Shown: in pieces, positions 48,602 through 59,533 of the stretch | Layout of the letters: every line of letters begins with the position of its first letter | Position numbering within the stretch: the stretch's first letter is position 1 | Notes under the pieces: model-generated | Seen by the model: the letters and a program-made list of their open reading frames with translations, nothing else | Databases searched by the model: none | Told to the model about the DNA's origin: nothing | Translations under genes and position numbers: made by a program | Source of the DNA: Clostridia bacterium | GTDB lineage: Bacteria > Bacillota > Clostridia > TANB77 > CAG-508 | Reading direction: 5' to 3' | DNA: 64,000 nt | NCBI GenBank assembly: GCA_017470645.1 | Contig: JAFUYJ010000028.1 | Span: 7,498 to 71,497 of the forward strand

Positions 48602-50089
48602 CTAATTTTCATTATTTTCATCGTTATTTCCTTCATTATCTTCAGTACTATTGTTGATTTTATTAAGAGTTATTGTAATGCTATCACCTTTTTTTGCTTT
48701 TATTCCATTTTTTAAACTTTGTTGTATTACTGTTCCATCTCTTTTGTTTTTATCTTCTGCATATTTGACAGTAACAACAAAATCTTTTAGTGTATTCCTT
48801 GCTGCGGTTTCAGACATTCCAACGACGTTTGGAACAGATATTTCTGTTATTTTGTTTACAGTAATTGTTATTTTATCTCCTTTTTTAGCTTTTGTTCCTC
48901 CATTAATACTTTGAGATAAAACAACTCCATTGCTCTTGCTTGCATCTTCTGAATATTTTACTGTTACATTCAAATCTTTTAAATCATTCTTAGCAATTGA
49001 TTCAGCTTTTCCAATAACATTTGGAATAGTTATTTCGTTTTTCTTTGCTTCCTCAGCTTTTCTTTCAGCCTCTTCTTTTGCCTTTCTTTCCTGTTCAGCT
49101 TTTCTTTCTGCTTCTTCCTTTGCTTTTCTTTCTTCTTCGGCTTTTCTTTCAGCTTCTTCTCTAGCTTTTCTCTCTTCTTCTTCTTTTTTCAATTTATTTT
49201 TCCAAGGATTATTTGGATTCGGATCTGTTGGATCCCATCCTCTATATGGTTCTCCAGCTGCAGTTACCGGTTGGATTCCTGGTTTTCCTAAAGGTCCCGG
49301 ATTAGATGCATTAGAATAGAATTCAACAGAAGTTCCAAGAGGACAATTATTATATATCCATTGGGCATCTGCTACAGTTAAACGTATGCATCCTAATGAT
49401 CTTTGTGTTCCTAATCTATCATACTCCCAATATTCAAGAGATGACGGATCGTTTTGTCTTAAATATGGAACAGAATGGAACAATATTTGTCCTGTAATTC
49501 TAGTACAGTACTGTCCCCAAACAGGTCCTATCAATGTTCCCCATCTTGCTTTTTGAGGAGTATGATATACCCCTGACCTTGGTGTAGATGAACCAACTGA
49601 GCATACCATTGCTCTTACAGGTACTGTGTAATTTCCGTCTCCATCTTTTCCATATACTGTAACTGTGTTTGCTGCACAGTTTACTTTTATCCAATAAGGT
49701 TTCCCTTGAGATTGCGCTTTTTTAGCCTCTTCTTGTTTCTTTTTTTGTTCTTCCTCTTTTTTCTTTTTTTCCTCTGCTCGTTTTTGTTTTTCTTCTTCAG
49801 AAAGATTTTCTTCTTCAACCTCTTCAGCTTCTTCAGTATTTTCTTCTCCCTCTAGTTCCTCTTCATCTAATGTCTCTGGATCTATTAATTCAATTACTTC
49901 TACTTGGCTCTCATTTTCACTATTAGCTTGTCCATTCTGAGCTACTGCTTGTACATTGTTTTGTGTTCTTGCCTTGAAAAACTCATACATGCCAAATGAA
50001 ATAGCTGCTACACATACTAATACTCCTGCACATATAGCAACAACTTTTAAGACATCTTTAACTTTCTGACTTTTTAAATTTTCGTCCAT
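48602..50089 (-). CDS. L,D-transpeptidase (YkuD domain) fused to a charged coiled-coil repeat and two C-terminal PASTA domains
   Basis: N-terminal TM segment and YkuD core (FHSVPY...SLGCIRLTVADAQWIY). An EEAERKAEEERKAKE repeat follows. The two PASTA-like units are IPNVIGKAESIAKNDL...KKGDKITITVNK and VPNVVGMSETAARNTL...KKGDSITITLNK. Confidence 0.75.
   Translation of the reverse strand: MDENLKSQKVKDVLKVVAICAGVLVCVAAISFGMYEFFKARTQNNVQAVAQNGQANSENESQVEVIELIDPETLDEEELEGEENTEEAEEVEEENLSEEEKQKRAEEKKKKEEEQKKKQEEAKKAQSQGKPYWIKVNCAANTVTVYGKDGDGNYTVPVRAMVCSVGSSTPRSGVYHTPQKARWGTLIGPVWGQYCTRITGQILFHSVPYLRQNDPSSLEYWEYDRLGTQRSLGCIRLTVADAQWIYNNCPLGTSVEFYSNASNPGPLGKPGIQPVTAAGEPYRGWDPTDPNPNNPWKNKLKKEEEERKAREEAERKAEEERKAKEEAERKAEQERKAKEEAERKAEEAKKNEITIPNVIGKAESIAKNDLKDLNVTVKYSEDASKSNGVVLSQSINGGTKAKKGDKITITVNKITEISVPNVVGMSETAARNTLKDFVVTVKYAEDKNKRDGTVIQQSLKNGIKAKKGDSITITLNKINNSTEDNEGNNDENNEN
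49046..49182 (-). repeat. In-frame imperfect tandem repeat (~39-42 nt period) encoding (K)AEEERKAKEEAER units. Boundaries are approximate.
   Basis: CAGCTTTTCTTTC[A/T]GC[C/T]TCTTC... recurs three times on the plus strand. Confidence 0.6.
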
Positions 50090-50141
50090 ATAATCCGTTC
50101 CCCTTTTTAATTTTATATGTTTTTTCGTTTGTAAAAAATAA

Positions 50142-50217
50142 TGGAGCTTACGAACGGGATCGAACCGTCGACCTCCACCTTACCAAGGTGGTGCTCTACC
50201 TACTGAGCTACATAAGC
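50142..50217 (-). tRNA. tRNA-Thr (anticodon GGT), CCA encoded
   Basis: Folded by hand: acceptor GCTTATG/CGTAAGC, D-stem GCTC/GAGC, anticodon stem CCACC/GGTGG with loop TTGGTAA, T-arm GACGG-TTCGATC-CCGTT. 76 nt. Confidence 0.9.
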
Positions 50218-50269
50218 ACAAACAAATCGGCAATTAAAATGCCTCTATTTAAATTTACAATAATATTAA

Positions 50270-50304
50270 TAAAAAGTCAATATATGAGTTAACATATATT
50301 GACT
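50270..50304 (-). terminator. Intrinsic terminator downstream of sigH
   Basis: A 12-bp stem AGTCAATATATG / CATATATTGACT followed on the minus strand by TTTTTA. Confidence 0.7.
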
Positions 50305-50309
50305 AAAAT

Positions 50310-50951
50310 TTATTCGTCTACTATATTTCTTATGGCTTTTTTTCTTATTCTTTGAATTGCATTGTCTACTGATTTAACTGGAGTATTTAATTTATCTGCA
50401 ATTTGAACATATGACTCTCCCTTAGCAAATCTATTTAAAACCTTTTTTTCAAAATCACTTAATGATTTATCAATTGCATTTTCAATTTCAGAATAGTACT
50501 CCCTTTTTGTAATTGTATCTAAAGGATCTTCTATTTGGTTTGAATCAAATACATCTATAACCTCATCAGCTTCATCATCTTCATATGCAGACATATTTAA
50601 TGATAGATACGAATTTAAAGGCATATGTTTTTGTCTATTTGATGTTTTTATAGCAGTTATTAATTGCCTTTCAATACATAAATTTGCAAAAGTCTTAAAA
50701 GAATTCTCTTTTTCAGGGTCAAAATTCTTAATAGCTTTATACAGTCCTATTAATCCCTCTTGCACAATATCCTCTTTTTCTGCTCCAATAATAAAATATT
50801 TGCTAACCTTAATATTAACAACCTCTTTATACTTGTTCATAATAAAGTCCAGTGCAGATTTGTCTCCTGACTTAATTAACTTTATAGTTTCTTCGTCACT
50901 TATTTTATTATATTTTTCATCTGTGTATTGCCATAAATTTGTATTTGTCAT
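50310..50951 (-). CDS. sigH: RNA polymerase sporulation-type sigma factor SigH
   Basis: DIVQEGLIGLYKAIKNFD (region 2), FKTFANLCIERQLITAIK, and a region 4 HTH (SYVQIADKLNTPVKSVDNAIQRIRKK). Confidence 0.85.
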   Translation of the reverse strand: MTNTNLWQYTDEKYNKISDEETIKLIKSGDKSALDFIMNKYKEVVNIKVSKYFIIGAEKEDIVQEGLIGLYKAIKNFDPEKENSFKTFANLCIERQLITAIKTSNRQKHMPLNSYLSLNMSAYEDDEADEVIDVFDSNQIEDPLDTITKREYYSEIENAIDKSLSDFEKKVLNRFAKGESYVQIADKLNTPVKSVDNAIQRIRKKAIRNIVDE

Positions 50952-51141
50952 ATATCTTATTTCCTCCAGATAGCTGTAATATTCTAGACATTTCTATTAT
51001 TATCATTAAAAAAAATATATGTCAATATAAATTTCGGCATTTTTCAATTATTTTTTTGCCCTATATTTTATTTTTTTACTTGTATTTTACAATTAATTGT
51101 GTAATAATTATTAGTGAAATAATTTAAAAGGAGGATTTTTA

Positions 51142-52887
51142 ATGAAAAAGAAAATAATTATACCCCTAGTAATAATACTTATACTAGGACTTTTAGGTGG
51201 AGGATTTGCATTATTATGGTTTAAGACTGATTTCTTAGATTTTATGAAACCTGCACAAACTGTTTGGGCTAAACAAATAGATAGAGCTCTTGGAATTGAA
51301 GGCAAAAAATTCGCTGATTACTCAGATGTGCTAAAAGATTATAAAGAAATCAAAGACAAATCATATAAAAGCAAATTTGATGTAACTGCAAACCTAGATA
51401 TTACAGAATTAGATGCTGATGTTGAAAAAACAATTAACAATAGTAAAATAACTATTGAATCTAGCAATGATGTATCTAATAACAAAACTCAAAACAAAAT
51501 AGGTTTATATGCAAAAGACTCAGAAGTATTAACATTAGATTTAGTTACAAATGGAACAACAGTTGGAGTTGGTTGTGATGATTTATATGATAAATATGTT
51601 GCTGTTTCTTTAGACGATTTAATAGAATACTATAAGAAAAATGCTTCTAGAGATTCATATTCAACAGAATCTATGGAAATGGCATCTGAAATGTTAAAGA
51701 AAGCTGGAAGTTTAGATTTATATGAATTAATGTATATCTCTGATTCAGATTTAAAACATTTTGATAAAACTTATAGAGATGCTTTTACAACAATGGTACC
51801 AAAAGATTGCTACTCTAAGAAAAACGGTGTAGAAGTTGAAGTTGACGGTAAAGATGTAAAGACAACTGCTTATTATTTAACATTAAATGGTGAAGATGCT
51901 TATACTTTTGCAGAAAACTTAACAAATACTATTAAAGATGACGATGTTCTATCTGGATTAATAACAGATAAGGCAAATCTACTTGTTGAATCTACAGGAC
52001 TTTCTTCATACTTAAAACAATCAACAGGTCAATCTAAAATAAAACAAAGTCAAGTAGAATATTTAATTAATGAAGCTTGTGATCAAATACTTGAAGAACT
52101 TGAATACATAAAAGATTATGATGACCAAGGAGTTACAATAGCTGTTTATACAAAAAACGGTAAACTTGCAAAAATAGAAGTTAAAGCATTTGATGCAGAT
52201 GACGAGATGACAATAGCTACTGCTGAATATGGTAAAAACAAAAACATTTACTCATTATATGAAGATGAAGATACACCATTTATTGTTATAACTGATGAAT
52301 TTACTAAAAACAAAGACGATGAAAGAGCAGGAACAATTTCTATAGATGCATATGAAAAAACAGTTGCAACAGCTGATTACGAATTTATAAACAAGAAAAA
52401 TGAAAAGAAGATAGATTTATCTGTTAATATTCCAGATGCAGATGCAAAATTTGATGTAATGCTTTCAGCAAATGGAAATTATAAGAAAGAACCTGTTGAT
52501 ATTGATGGACGTGTAGCTTTCAAATATGATGATGAATCAGCAGAAATCAATTTTAACGGAACATTTGAATTTACTGATGTTTCAGTACCTACATTAGATG
52601 AAAACAATTCAGTTAGAGTATTCAAATTATCTAATAGCGAATTAGAATCTGAAGGAAATAAAATATTGAAAAAAGCTTCAGAAGTTCTTCCAGACAGATT
52701 AAAACTTATTGGTATAAATGTTAAAGCTGAAGATATTTACAAAGATAAGAAAACAGAAACAAAAACTAATACTTTACCTGTAACACCTAGCATTGAAACT
52801 GAGATAGAAGAAAAATTACCAGATATTAACATAGAAGATATCGAAAAAAATATAACAGATAAAGTAGATGCAAATGACGCAGCTTAA
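51142..52887 (+). CDS. Membrane-anchored extracytoplasmic protein (hypothetical, 581 aa)
   Basis: Strong SD (AAAGGAGG), an N-terminal TM anchor and an acidic Asp/Glu/Lys-rich body. I recognise no family. Confidence 0.6.
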   Translation: MKKKIIIPLVIILILGLLGGGFALLWFKTDFLDFMKPAQTVWAKQIDRALGIEGKKFADYSDVLKDYKEIKDKSYKSKFDVTANLDITELDADVEKTINNSKITIESSNDVSNNKTQNKIGLYAKDSEVLTLDLVTNGTTVGVGCDDLYDKYVAVSLDDLIEYYKKNASRDSYSTESMEMASEMLKKAGSLDLYELMYISDSDLKHFDKTYRDAFTTMVPKDCYSKKNGVEVEVDGKDVKTTAYYLTLNGEDAYTFAENLTNTIKDDDVLSGLITDKANLLVESTGLSSYLKQSTGQSKIKQSQVEYLINEACDQILEELEYIKDYDDQGVTIAVYTKNGKLAKIEVKAFDADDEMTIATAEYGKNKNIYSLYEDEDTPFIVITDEFTKNKDDERAGTISIDAYEKTVATADYEFINKKNEKKIDLSVNIPDADAKFDVMLSANGNYKKEPVDIDGRVAFKYDDESAEINFNGTFEFTDVSVPTLDENNSVRVFKLSNSELESEGNKILKKASEVLPDRLKLIGINVKAEDIYKDKKTETKTNTLPVTPSIETEIEEKLPDINIEDIEKNITDKVDANDAA

Positions 52888-52896
52888 TTATCCAAA

Positions 52897-52926
52897 TAAA
52901 AAACTCTCCATATGGAGAGTTTTTAT
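52897..52926. terminator. Bidirectional terminator between the convergent 51142..52887 gene and galE
   Basis: AAAAAACTCTCCA-ta-TGGAGAGTTTTT. Confidence 0.8.
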
Positions 52927-52933
52927 TATTTAA

Positions 52934-53935
52934 TTATTTATTTTTAGAAGTAAATCTCCAAGAATCTTTGCACATTTCTTCTATTCCTTTTTTTGCTTCC
53001 CATCCTAAATCGTTCTTTGCTTTACTTGCATCTGCATAACATGTTGCAATATCTCCTGGTCTTCTTTCTACTATTTTGTATTTAACTTCAACACCTGTTG
53101 CATCTTCAAAAGCTTTCACAATTTGTAAAACAGAATAACCTGTTCCTGTTCCCAAATTATATGCTTCAACCCCATTAAAATTACGAGCTTTATCTAACGC
53201 TTTTAAATGTCCTTGAGCCAAATCTACAACATGAATATAATCTCTAACTCCTGTTCCATCAACAGTATCATAATCATTTCCAAATACTCTTAAATAATCT
53301 AATTTTCCACAAGCAACTTGATTAATGTATGGCATTAAATTATTTGGTATACCATTAGGATTCTCACCAATTATTCCACTTTCATGTGCTCCAATTGGAT
53401 TGAAGTATCTAAGTAAAATTACGCTCCACTCATTATCAGAAACGTATACATCATTCAATATTTGCTCAATCATTAATTTTGTACTTCCATATGGATTTGT
53501 TGTTGATAAAGGAAAATCTTCTCTAATAGGAACTGTTTTAGGGTTACCGTATACAGTTGCAGAAGAGCTAAAAACAATTTTCTTACAATTATGATTTCTC
53601 ATAACATCTAATAATATCAACGTTCCTGTTATATTGTTGTGATAATATTCAATTGGCTTTGCTACAGATTCTCCAACGGCCTTTAACCCTGCAAAATGGA
53701 TAACAGAATCAATATCTGGATTCTCTTCGAATACTTTTTCTAGTTTTTCTTTATCTAATAAATCAACCTCGTAAAATTTGAAATCTTTATTTGTAATTTG
53801 CTTAATTTTATCAAGCATTTCAGGTTTACTATTGCTAAAGTTATCTACAATAACTATTTCTTCTCCTCTATTTAATAATTCAACTACTGTGTGGCTTCCA
53901 ATATAACCTGCACCACCTGTTACTAAAACTGACAT
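52934..53935 (-). CDS. galE: UDP-glucose 4-epimerase
   Basis: [13 protein letters not shown] Rossmann motif, the YGSTK catalytic motif, and family-typical length. I chose the ATG at 53935, 8 nt after GGAGG. Confidence 0.9.
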   Translation of the reverse strand: MSVLVTGGAGYIGSHTVVELLNRGEEIVIVDNFSNSKPEMLDKIKQITNKDFKFYEVDLLDKEKLEKVFEENPDIDSVIHFAGLKAVGESVAKPIEYYHNNITGTLILLDVMRNHNCKKIVFSSSATVYGNPKTVPIREDFPLSTTNPYGSTKLMIEQILNDVYVSDNEWSVILLRYFNPIGAHESGIIGENPNGIPNNLMPYINQVACGKLDYLRVFGNDYDTVDGTGVRDYIHVVDLAQGHLKALDKARNFNGVEAYNLGTGTGYSVLQIVKAFEDATGVEVKYKIVERRPGDIATCYADASKAKNDLGWEAKKGIEEMCKDSWRFTSKNK

Positions 53936-53963
53936 GACTTTTACCTCCATTTAATTTATTTCT

Positions 53964-54533
53964 CTAACTATAAAGTTCCACATATGCAATATGAGCATTT
54001 ATAGTTTTTCTAACATACATATTGGTTTCCTTATATGGAATATTCTCAATGTTAGAACCATCTGGACTAATAACTCCCTTGTTTATCCATTCATCAACAT
54101 TTCCTATTCCACCATTATACGCCGCTATTGCTAAATAATAATTTTCATTATATTTTGCTAATAACTTATCAAAATATTTTGTACCAAGCATAATATTTAT
54201 TTCAGGATTATACAACATACTAGCTTCAAATTTTTCAACCTTTAATTCCTTTGCTAAATCCGAAGCAGTGTTATCCATTAGTTGCATTAAACCTTTAGCT
54301 CCACTACCCGACGTAGCATTAGAATTAAAATTACTTTCTACCTTTATTATTGCGTAAATCCACATAGGATCAATTTCATACATTTGTGCATATTTATTTA
54401 CATATTCTGAATATTCCTGTTTATATATTTGCTTTCGTATTAAATTATAAACATTGAATTCTTTAAATAATAATATCATAACCAAAATAATAGCCACTGA
54501 TATTATCAATTTAAACGTAAACTTTGCTCGCAT
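53964..54533 (-). CDS. Lytic transglycosylase (SLT domain), membrane anchored
   Basis: IIKVESNFNSNATSGSGAKGLMQL and AAYNGG motifs. Confidence 0.8.
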   Translation of the reverse strand: MRAKFTFKLIISVAIILVMILLFKEFNVYNLIRKQIYKQEYSEYVNKYAQMYEIDPMWIYAIIKVESNFNSNATSGSGAKGLMQLMDNTASDLAKELKVEKFEASMLYNPEINIMLGTKYFDKLLAKYNENYYLAIAAYNGGIGNVDEWINKGVISPDGSNIENIPYKETNMYVRKTINAHIAYVELYS

Positions 54534-54579
54534 TAAATCTCCCCTTCAAAATAAATTCTTTTGTTAATTCTGTAGAGTA

Positions 54580-57315
54580 CTATTTAGCCTCGTACCAATT
54601 ATAAGCTTCCGAAGTCTCAACCTTAAGTGGCACTTCCATCTTAATTGCATTTTCCATATTTTCCTTAAGCAATCTAGCGACCTTATCCTTCTGTTCAACT
54701 TTACACTCAATAATCAATTCATCATGAACCTGTAAAACAAGGTCTGCATCTAGTTTTTCAGATTTCAATTTATTGAACACATTAATCATTGCAATCTTCA
54801 TAATATCAGCTGCCGTTCCTTGAATTGGCGTATTCATAGCTGCTCTTGAACCAAATTGCCTAACCATATAATTATTTGAAGAAAGCTCTGGAATATATCT
54901 TCTTCTATGAAATAATGTTTCAACATATCCCTTTTCTTTTGCTTCTTCAACAATATTATCCATAAATTGTTTAATTCCACTATATTTTTCAAGATATTGT
55001 TCTATATAACTTTTAGCCTCTTTTCTACTAATTCCAAGTTGTTCTGATAATCCAAAATCACTGATTCCATATACTATTCCAAAGTTAACAGCCTTAGCAG
55101 ATGAACGTTGTTCTTTCGTTACTTCTTCAATTGGAATTCCAAGAACTTTTGAAGCTGCTTGCTTATGAACATCTTCATCATTTAAAAATGCATGCATCAT
55201 ATTCTCATCTTTAGAAATGTGCGCTAATACTCTTAATTCTACTTGCGAGTAATCAGCATCTATGTATATGTACCCCTCTTTTGGCTTGAACACTTTTCTA
55301 AGTGTTTTTCCAAGTTCAATCCTAGTTGGTATATTTTGCAAATTAGGCTCCGTTGAACTTATTCTTCCTGTTGCTGTTATTGTTTGATGAAAGAATGAAT
55401 GAATTCGATTGTCTTTTTCATTTATATATGGAAGTAATCCTTCAACATAAGTTGAATTTAATTTCATCAAACTTCTATATTCCAATATTTTTTCAATTAT
55501 TGGATGATATTTTTTTAGCTTTTCTAATATATCCACATCTGTTGAATATCCTGTTTTCGTTTTCTTTTTTACAGGCAAGTTTAATTTTTCAAATAATATT
55601 TTTCCAAGCTGTTGTGTCGAATTGATATTAAATTCTTCTCCTGCTAATTCATGTATTTCTCTTGTTAAAACTTCTAAATCACTCTTAAGCTTATCTCCAA
55701 TTTCAATTAGTTCGTTTTTGTCAACATACATCCCATTTACTTGCATTTGTGCTAATACTTCAACCAATGGCATTTCAATATTATTAAATAAATCTAAGCT
55801 ATTAATTTCTTCTAACTTTTTAATCGTAGGCTCATATAGCTTTCCTATGCAAAATGCATAAAGTGCATTTTCATATTTATCAGCGTCAACTTCTTCTACC
55901 GCATTAGAATTAGCTAAAGAATCGAATAAATTCATTTGTTCATTTTCACTGCTATTCTCGGTAGTTTTATTGTTGTTTATAACAAAACTATCCACATCAA
56001 TATCTAAATACTCAACTGATAAATTTTGCATTGTTGCTTTTCCTGTTGGGTTTAAAACGTAACCCGCTATTTCTGCATCAAATACAATTTTACTTAAACA
56101 AACATTATGTTCCATTAGCAAAACATAATCCTCATTCATTGAAAAACCATATTTCAAAACGCTTTCATCTTCTAACACTATTTTAAACGTATCTAAAAAC
56201 TCATCCAAATTCTTTATTTTGATATAGTATACTTTGTTATTCTCTGGATTATAAATATTTATCGATTTTATCTTTTTCTTTATTATATTTTTACTTTGTT
56301 TTTCAATTGATTTTCCAAAATAATAAATAAGTTTTCCTTGTGATTTTACAGTATTTATAACATCTTCTATAGAATTTACATCTATAATTTCAAATTGTTC
56401 TTCACTTTCTTTTTTACTATGGAACTCGTTTAAATTAAATCTATCTATAAATCTGTTAAAATTAAGCTCTTTAAATAAACTTAAAACGTCTTCTTTGTTC
56501 CATTCCTGCACCTTTAAATCTTCAATAGTTTCATCTATAGGAACTTCCACGTTTATAGTTCCTAAGAATAATGAAAGTTCGGCTAAATCTTTATTTTCAA
56601 TTATTTTTTCTTTCATTTTTCCTTTAACAGAAGTTGCTGTCCCTTCATCTAATGATTTGTACAAGTTTTCTATTGTTTTATATTCTTTAATTAGATTTAA
56701 AGCTGTTTTTTCACCAACTCCAGGTACTCCTGGAATATTATCAGAAGTATCACCCATCAGCCCTTTTACTTCTATCAACTGTTTAGGTTCTACACCATAT
56801 GTTTCTATTACTTTTGCTCTATCAAAATCATCTTCTTCGGTTTTACCAGCTTTAGTTCTAGGAATTCTAATTGTAACCTTATCAGTCGCAAGTTGAAATG
56901 TATCTCTATCTCCAGAAAGTATTGTTACATCAACTCCACTTTCTTCGCCTCTTTTAGATAAAGTTCCTAAAACATCATCAGCCTCATATCCTTCTTTTTC
57001 TATAATTGTGATATTCATAGCTCTTAAAACATCTTTAATTATTGGCATTTGAGCTCTAAGTTCATCTGGCATTCCGTGTCTATTTGCTTTATAACCTTCA
57101 TACCTTTTATGCCTTTCTGTAGGAGCTTTTAAGTCAAAAGCTACTGCCATATACTCTGGTTTTAAGTCATCTATAACTTTGAAAATAATTGCTAAAAAAC
57201 CGTAAACAGCATTTGTATACGTTCCATCTTTTGTCATAAGCATTTTACTTCCCATAATTCCGTAAAAAGCCCTGTTCATAATGCTGTTTCCATCTACTAC
57301 TAATAATCTTGACAT
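54580..57315 (-). CDS. polA: DNA polymerase I
   Basis: 5'-3' exonuclease N-terminus (LLVVDGNSIMNRAFYG, GDRDTFQL). The polymerase motifs are DYSQVELRVLAH, RSSAKAVNFGIVYG and QVHDELI. 911 aa. Confidence 0.95.
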   Translation of the reverse strand: MSRLLVVDGNSIMNRAFYGIMGSKMLMTKDGTYTNAVYGFLAIIFKVIDDLKPEYMAVAFDLKAPTERHKRYEGYKANRHGMPDELRAQMPIIKDVLRAMNITIIEKEGYEADDVLGTLSKRGEESGVDVTILSGDRDTFQLATDKVTIRIPRTKAGKTEEDDFDRAKVIETYGVEPKQLIEVKGLMGDTSDNIPGVPGVGEKTALNLIKEYKTIENLYKSLDEGTATSVKGKMKEKIIENKDLAELSLFLGTINVEVPIDETIEDLKVQEWNKEDVLSLFKELNFNRFIDRFNLNEFHSKKESEEQFEIIDVNSIEDVINTVKSQGKLIYYFGKSIEKQSKNIIKKKIKSINIYNPENNKVYYIKIKNLDEFLDTFKIVLEDESVLKYGFSMNEDYVLLMEHNVCLSKIVFDAEIAGYVLNPTGKATMQNLSVEYLDIDVDSFVINNNKTTENSSENEQMNLFDSLANSNAVEEVDADKYENALYAFCIGKLYEPTIKKLEEINSLDLFNNIEMPLVEVLAQMQVNGMYVDKNELIEIGDKLKSDLEVLTREIHELAGEEFNINSTQQLGKILFEKLNLPVKKKTKTGYSTDVDILEKLKKYHPIIEKILEYRSLMKLNSTYVEGLLPYINEKDNRIHSFFHQTITATGRISSTEPNLQNIPTRIELGKTLRKVFKPKEGYIYIDADYSQVELRVLAHISKDENMMHAFLNDEDVHKQAASKVLGIPIEEVTKEQRSSAKAVNFGIVYGISDFGLSEQLGISRKEAKSYIEQYLEKYSGIKQFMDNIVEEAKEKGYVETLFHRRRYIPELSSNNYMVRQFGSRAAMNTPIQGTAADIMKIAMINVFNKLKSEKLDADLVLQVHDELIIECKVEQKDKVARLLKENMENAIKMEVPLKVETSEAYNWYEAK

Positions 57316-57422
57316 TTGTAAATTATCTCCTTCTTTATGAAGTTAAGCATGTTGAACTTTTGATATGATGTATATCAACATTTCCTAACCTCTAACCTTT
57401 GTTGTTTAGGTCATAATATCAT

Positions 57423-57452
57423 AAAAGCAAGTGCATGGCAACACTTGCTTTT
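57423..57452 (-). terminator. Intrinsic terminator downstream of the heptad-repeat protein gene
   Basis: AAAAGCAAGTG-catggcaa-CACTTGCTTTT, followed on the minus strand by a T-run. Confidence 0.7.
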
Positions 57453-57462
57453 AAAAAATATT

Positions 57463-59514
57463 TTATTTTTTCTTCTCAACTGTAATATCTTGTTTATCTT
57501 CATTCTTTTGACTAGTTTTTACTGAATCAATTATAGAAATAAACTTAACACTTTCTCTATCTTCATCACCTGTAAAAGAGGTATATTCGTCAGCTAATTG
57601 TTCCAATTTTTTAGTTCTAGTTACGAGTCCACCTAAATCTCCATTTATAAATCCTGAAATCTTACTAATACCTTCACTATTAAACATGTGCATTCCATTT
57701 GATAATTCTACTGAACCGTTTTGTAATTTACCAGTTCCTTCAACTAAACTGCTTGTTCCAATAGCTAAACTTCTTGTTCCTTCAGATAAAGCCTTACTTC
57801 CGTTTGATAATGCATTTGCTCCATCAACTATGCTACCTGTTCCTTTTGCTAATTCTGAGGCACCATTATTTACGCTGTCTGCTCCATTTGATAATTTTTT
57901 AGTACCTGCAACTAATTGGTCTGAACCATCTGCTAATTGAGAAACACCTTGTGTTAATTGCCCCGCACCTTGTGCCAACGTATTAGCTCCACTGTTTAAT
58001 GAGCTTGCTCCATCACTTAATGCTTGAGTTCCATTTGATAACTCAGTTGCACCACCAACTAATTGATTTACCCCGCTTGATAATGCACTAGCTTGTGCAG
58101 GTAAGTTTTGTGTACTTTGATTAAGTTGATTTAATCCTGCATTTATTTGTCCAATTCCTGTTGTTAACTGATCAATGTTAGATGTCATTCCTAGTAATTT
58201 TTGTTCTGACTCTAAAGCTGCAATATTTTGCGTAATCACTGCTTTTAATTCTACATCCTCATCACCCAATGTAGCTAAAACATTTTTATTAGCTTGAATT
58301 AAATTTGCTATATTATCTGATTGACCAGCATATTGATTAATCTTAGAATTTAACCCCTGAACTTGTGTATTAATAGAATTCATACCATTGCTTAAAGTTT
58401 CAACTGAACTAGAAATAGTATTCATTCCATCTTCTAAAGCTGATGTATTTCCTTGGAGTACTTCCAATCCACCCTTTAAGTTATTTGCACCTTCATTTAC
58501 GTTTGAAGCACCTGATGCAACTTGACTTGATCCACTTTGTAAACTTACTATACCATCTCCTGCAGATTTCAATCCTGTTTGTAAATCTTTTATACCAGAG
58601 TTTAAAGCACTAGCACCATCATTAACACTTGCTGCTCCATTACTTAATTCAGAAGTTCCTGCTGACAAACTTTCAGCACCTGCATTAAGAGTATTTGCAC
58701 CTGTTTTTAATGAATCAATTCCTGCATCTAAAGTATTAGCACCGTCGTTTAATTTGTTTGCCCCATCACTTAAAGTAGTTGCACCTGTACTTAATTCAGA
58801 AATTCCATCTTTTAGACTATTTACACCTTCTTCTAATTGATTTGCCGAACTTTGCAATGTATTCACTTTACTAAATAAATAATCTAGCTTACTCCAATCA
58901 ATATCTTCATCTAACAATTTTGGTGAAGCATATGAAACTATATTTTTCATTTCAAAGTTTTTAGAATCCATTGTGATTTCAATACTGCTTGGTATATTTA
59001 TGTTAGATAAATTTCCAGATAATTTTAAACTTTCTTCTAACCCTGGTAAAACAACCCCCATAACTACAGATTTATCACCACTTTCAATCACTTTTCCATT
59101 CTTTACTTCGATATTTTTATTATTTTCATTATCTATCATTGTACCTGTAACAACAACAAATGGTGTATACATAGTTTCAGCATTTCCATTTACATATACA
59201 TTTTTTACTGATTTATTTATATATTCAATTTTAATTGATACTTTACCACTTTTCCCTGCTATATCTTTTGCAGAAATTTCTTCTCCGTCTAACTTATATG
59301 ATATTCTGGTTTCAACAGGTAATTCTTTTTCGATATTTTCTTGTTTTACCTCGTCCATTTCTTTTGTGGTTACAATAGTTTTATAACTTTCTCCATTATT
59401 ATTTAATTTTGAATAAACACTTTCTGTACTTGCAAATGCATATACAGGTAATGTATATAAAGCAATCAAACTTGCTGTTAATCCAGCTACTGTTTTCTTT
59501 ACAAACTTATTCAT
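57463..59514 (-). CDS. Secreted protein with long arrays of X-X-X-Leu-X-X-Gly heptad repeats (YhgE/Pip N-terminal-domain-like)
   Basis: It has a signal peptide. Dozens of L..G...L..G units follow (e.g. LSDGANKLNDGANTLDAGIDSLKTGANTLNAGAESLSAG). It sits downstream of an MMPL gene. Confidence 0.65.
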   Translation of the reverse strand: MNKFVKKTVAGLTASLIALYTLPVYAFASTESVYSKLNNNGESYKTIVTTKEMDEVKQENIEKELPVETRISYKLDGEEISAKDIAGKSGKVSIKIEYINKSVKNVYVNGNAETMYTPFVVVTGTMIDNENNKNIEVKNGKVIESGDKSVVMGVVLPGLEESLKLSGNLSNINIPSSIEITMDSKNFEMKNIVSYASPKLLDEDIDWSKLDYLFSKVNTLQSSANQLEEGVNSLKDGISELSTGATTLSDGANKLNDGANTLDAGIDSLKTGANTLNAGAESLSAGTSELSNGAASVNDGASALNSGIKDLQTGLKSAGDGIVSLQSGSSQVASGASNVNEGANNLKGGLEVLQGNTSALEDGMNTISSSVETLSNGMNSINTQVQGLNSKINQYAGQSDNIANLIQANKNVLATLGDEDVELKAVITQNIAALESEQKLLGMTSNIDQLTTGIGQINAGLNQLNQSTQNLPAQASALSSGVNQLVGGATELSNGTQALSDGASSLNSGANTLAQGAGQLTQGVSQLADGSDQLVAGTKKLSNGADSVNNGASELAKGTGSIVDGANALSNGSKALSEGTRSLAIGTSSLVEGTGKLQNGSVELSNGMHMFNSEGISKISGFINGDLGGLVTRTKKLEQLADEYTSFTGDEDRESVKFISIIDSVKTSQKNEDKQDITVEKKK

Positions 59515-59533
59515 TTTTATACCTCCTAATTTT

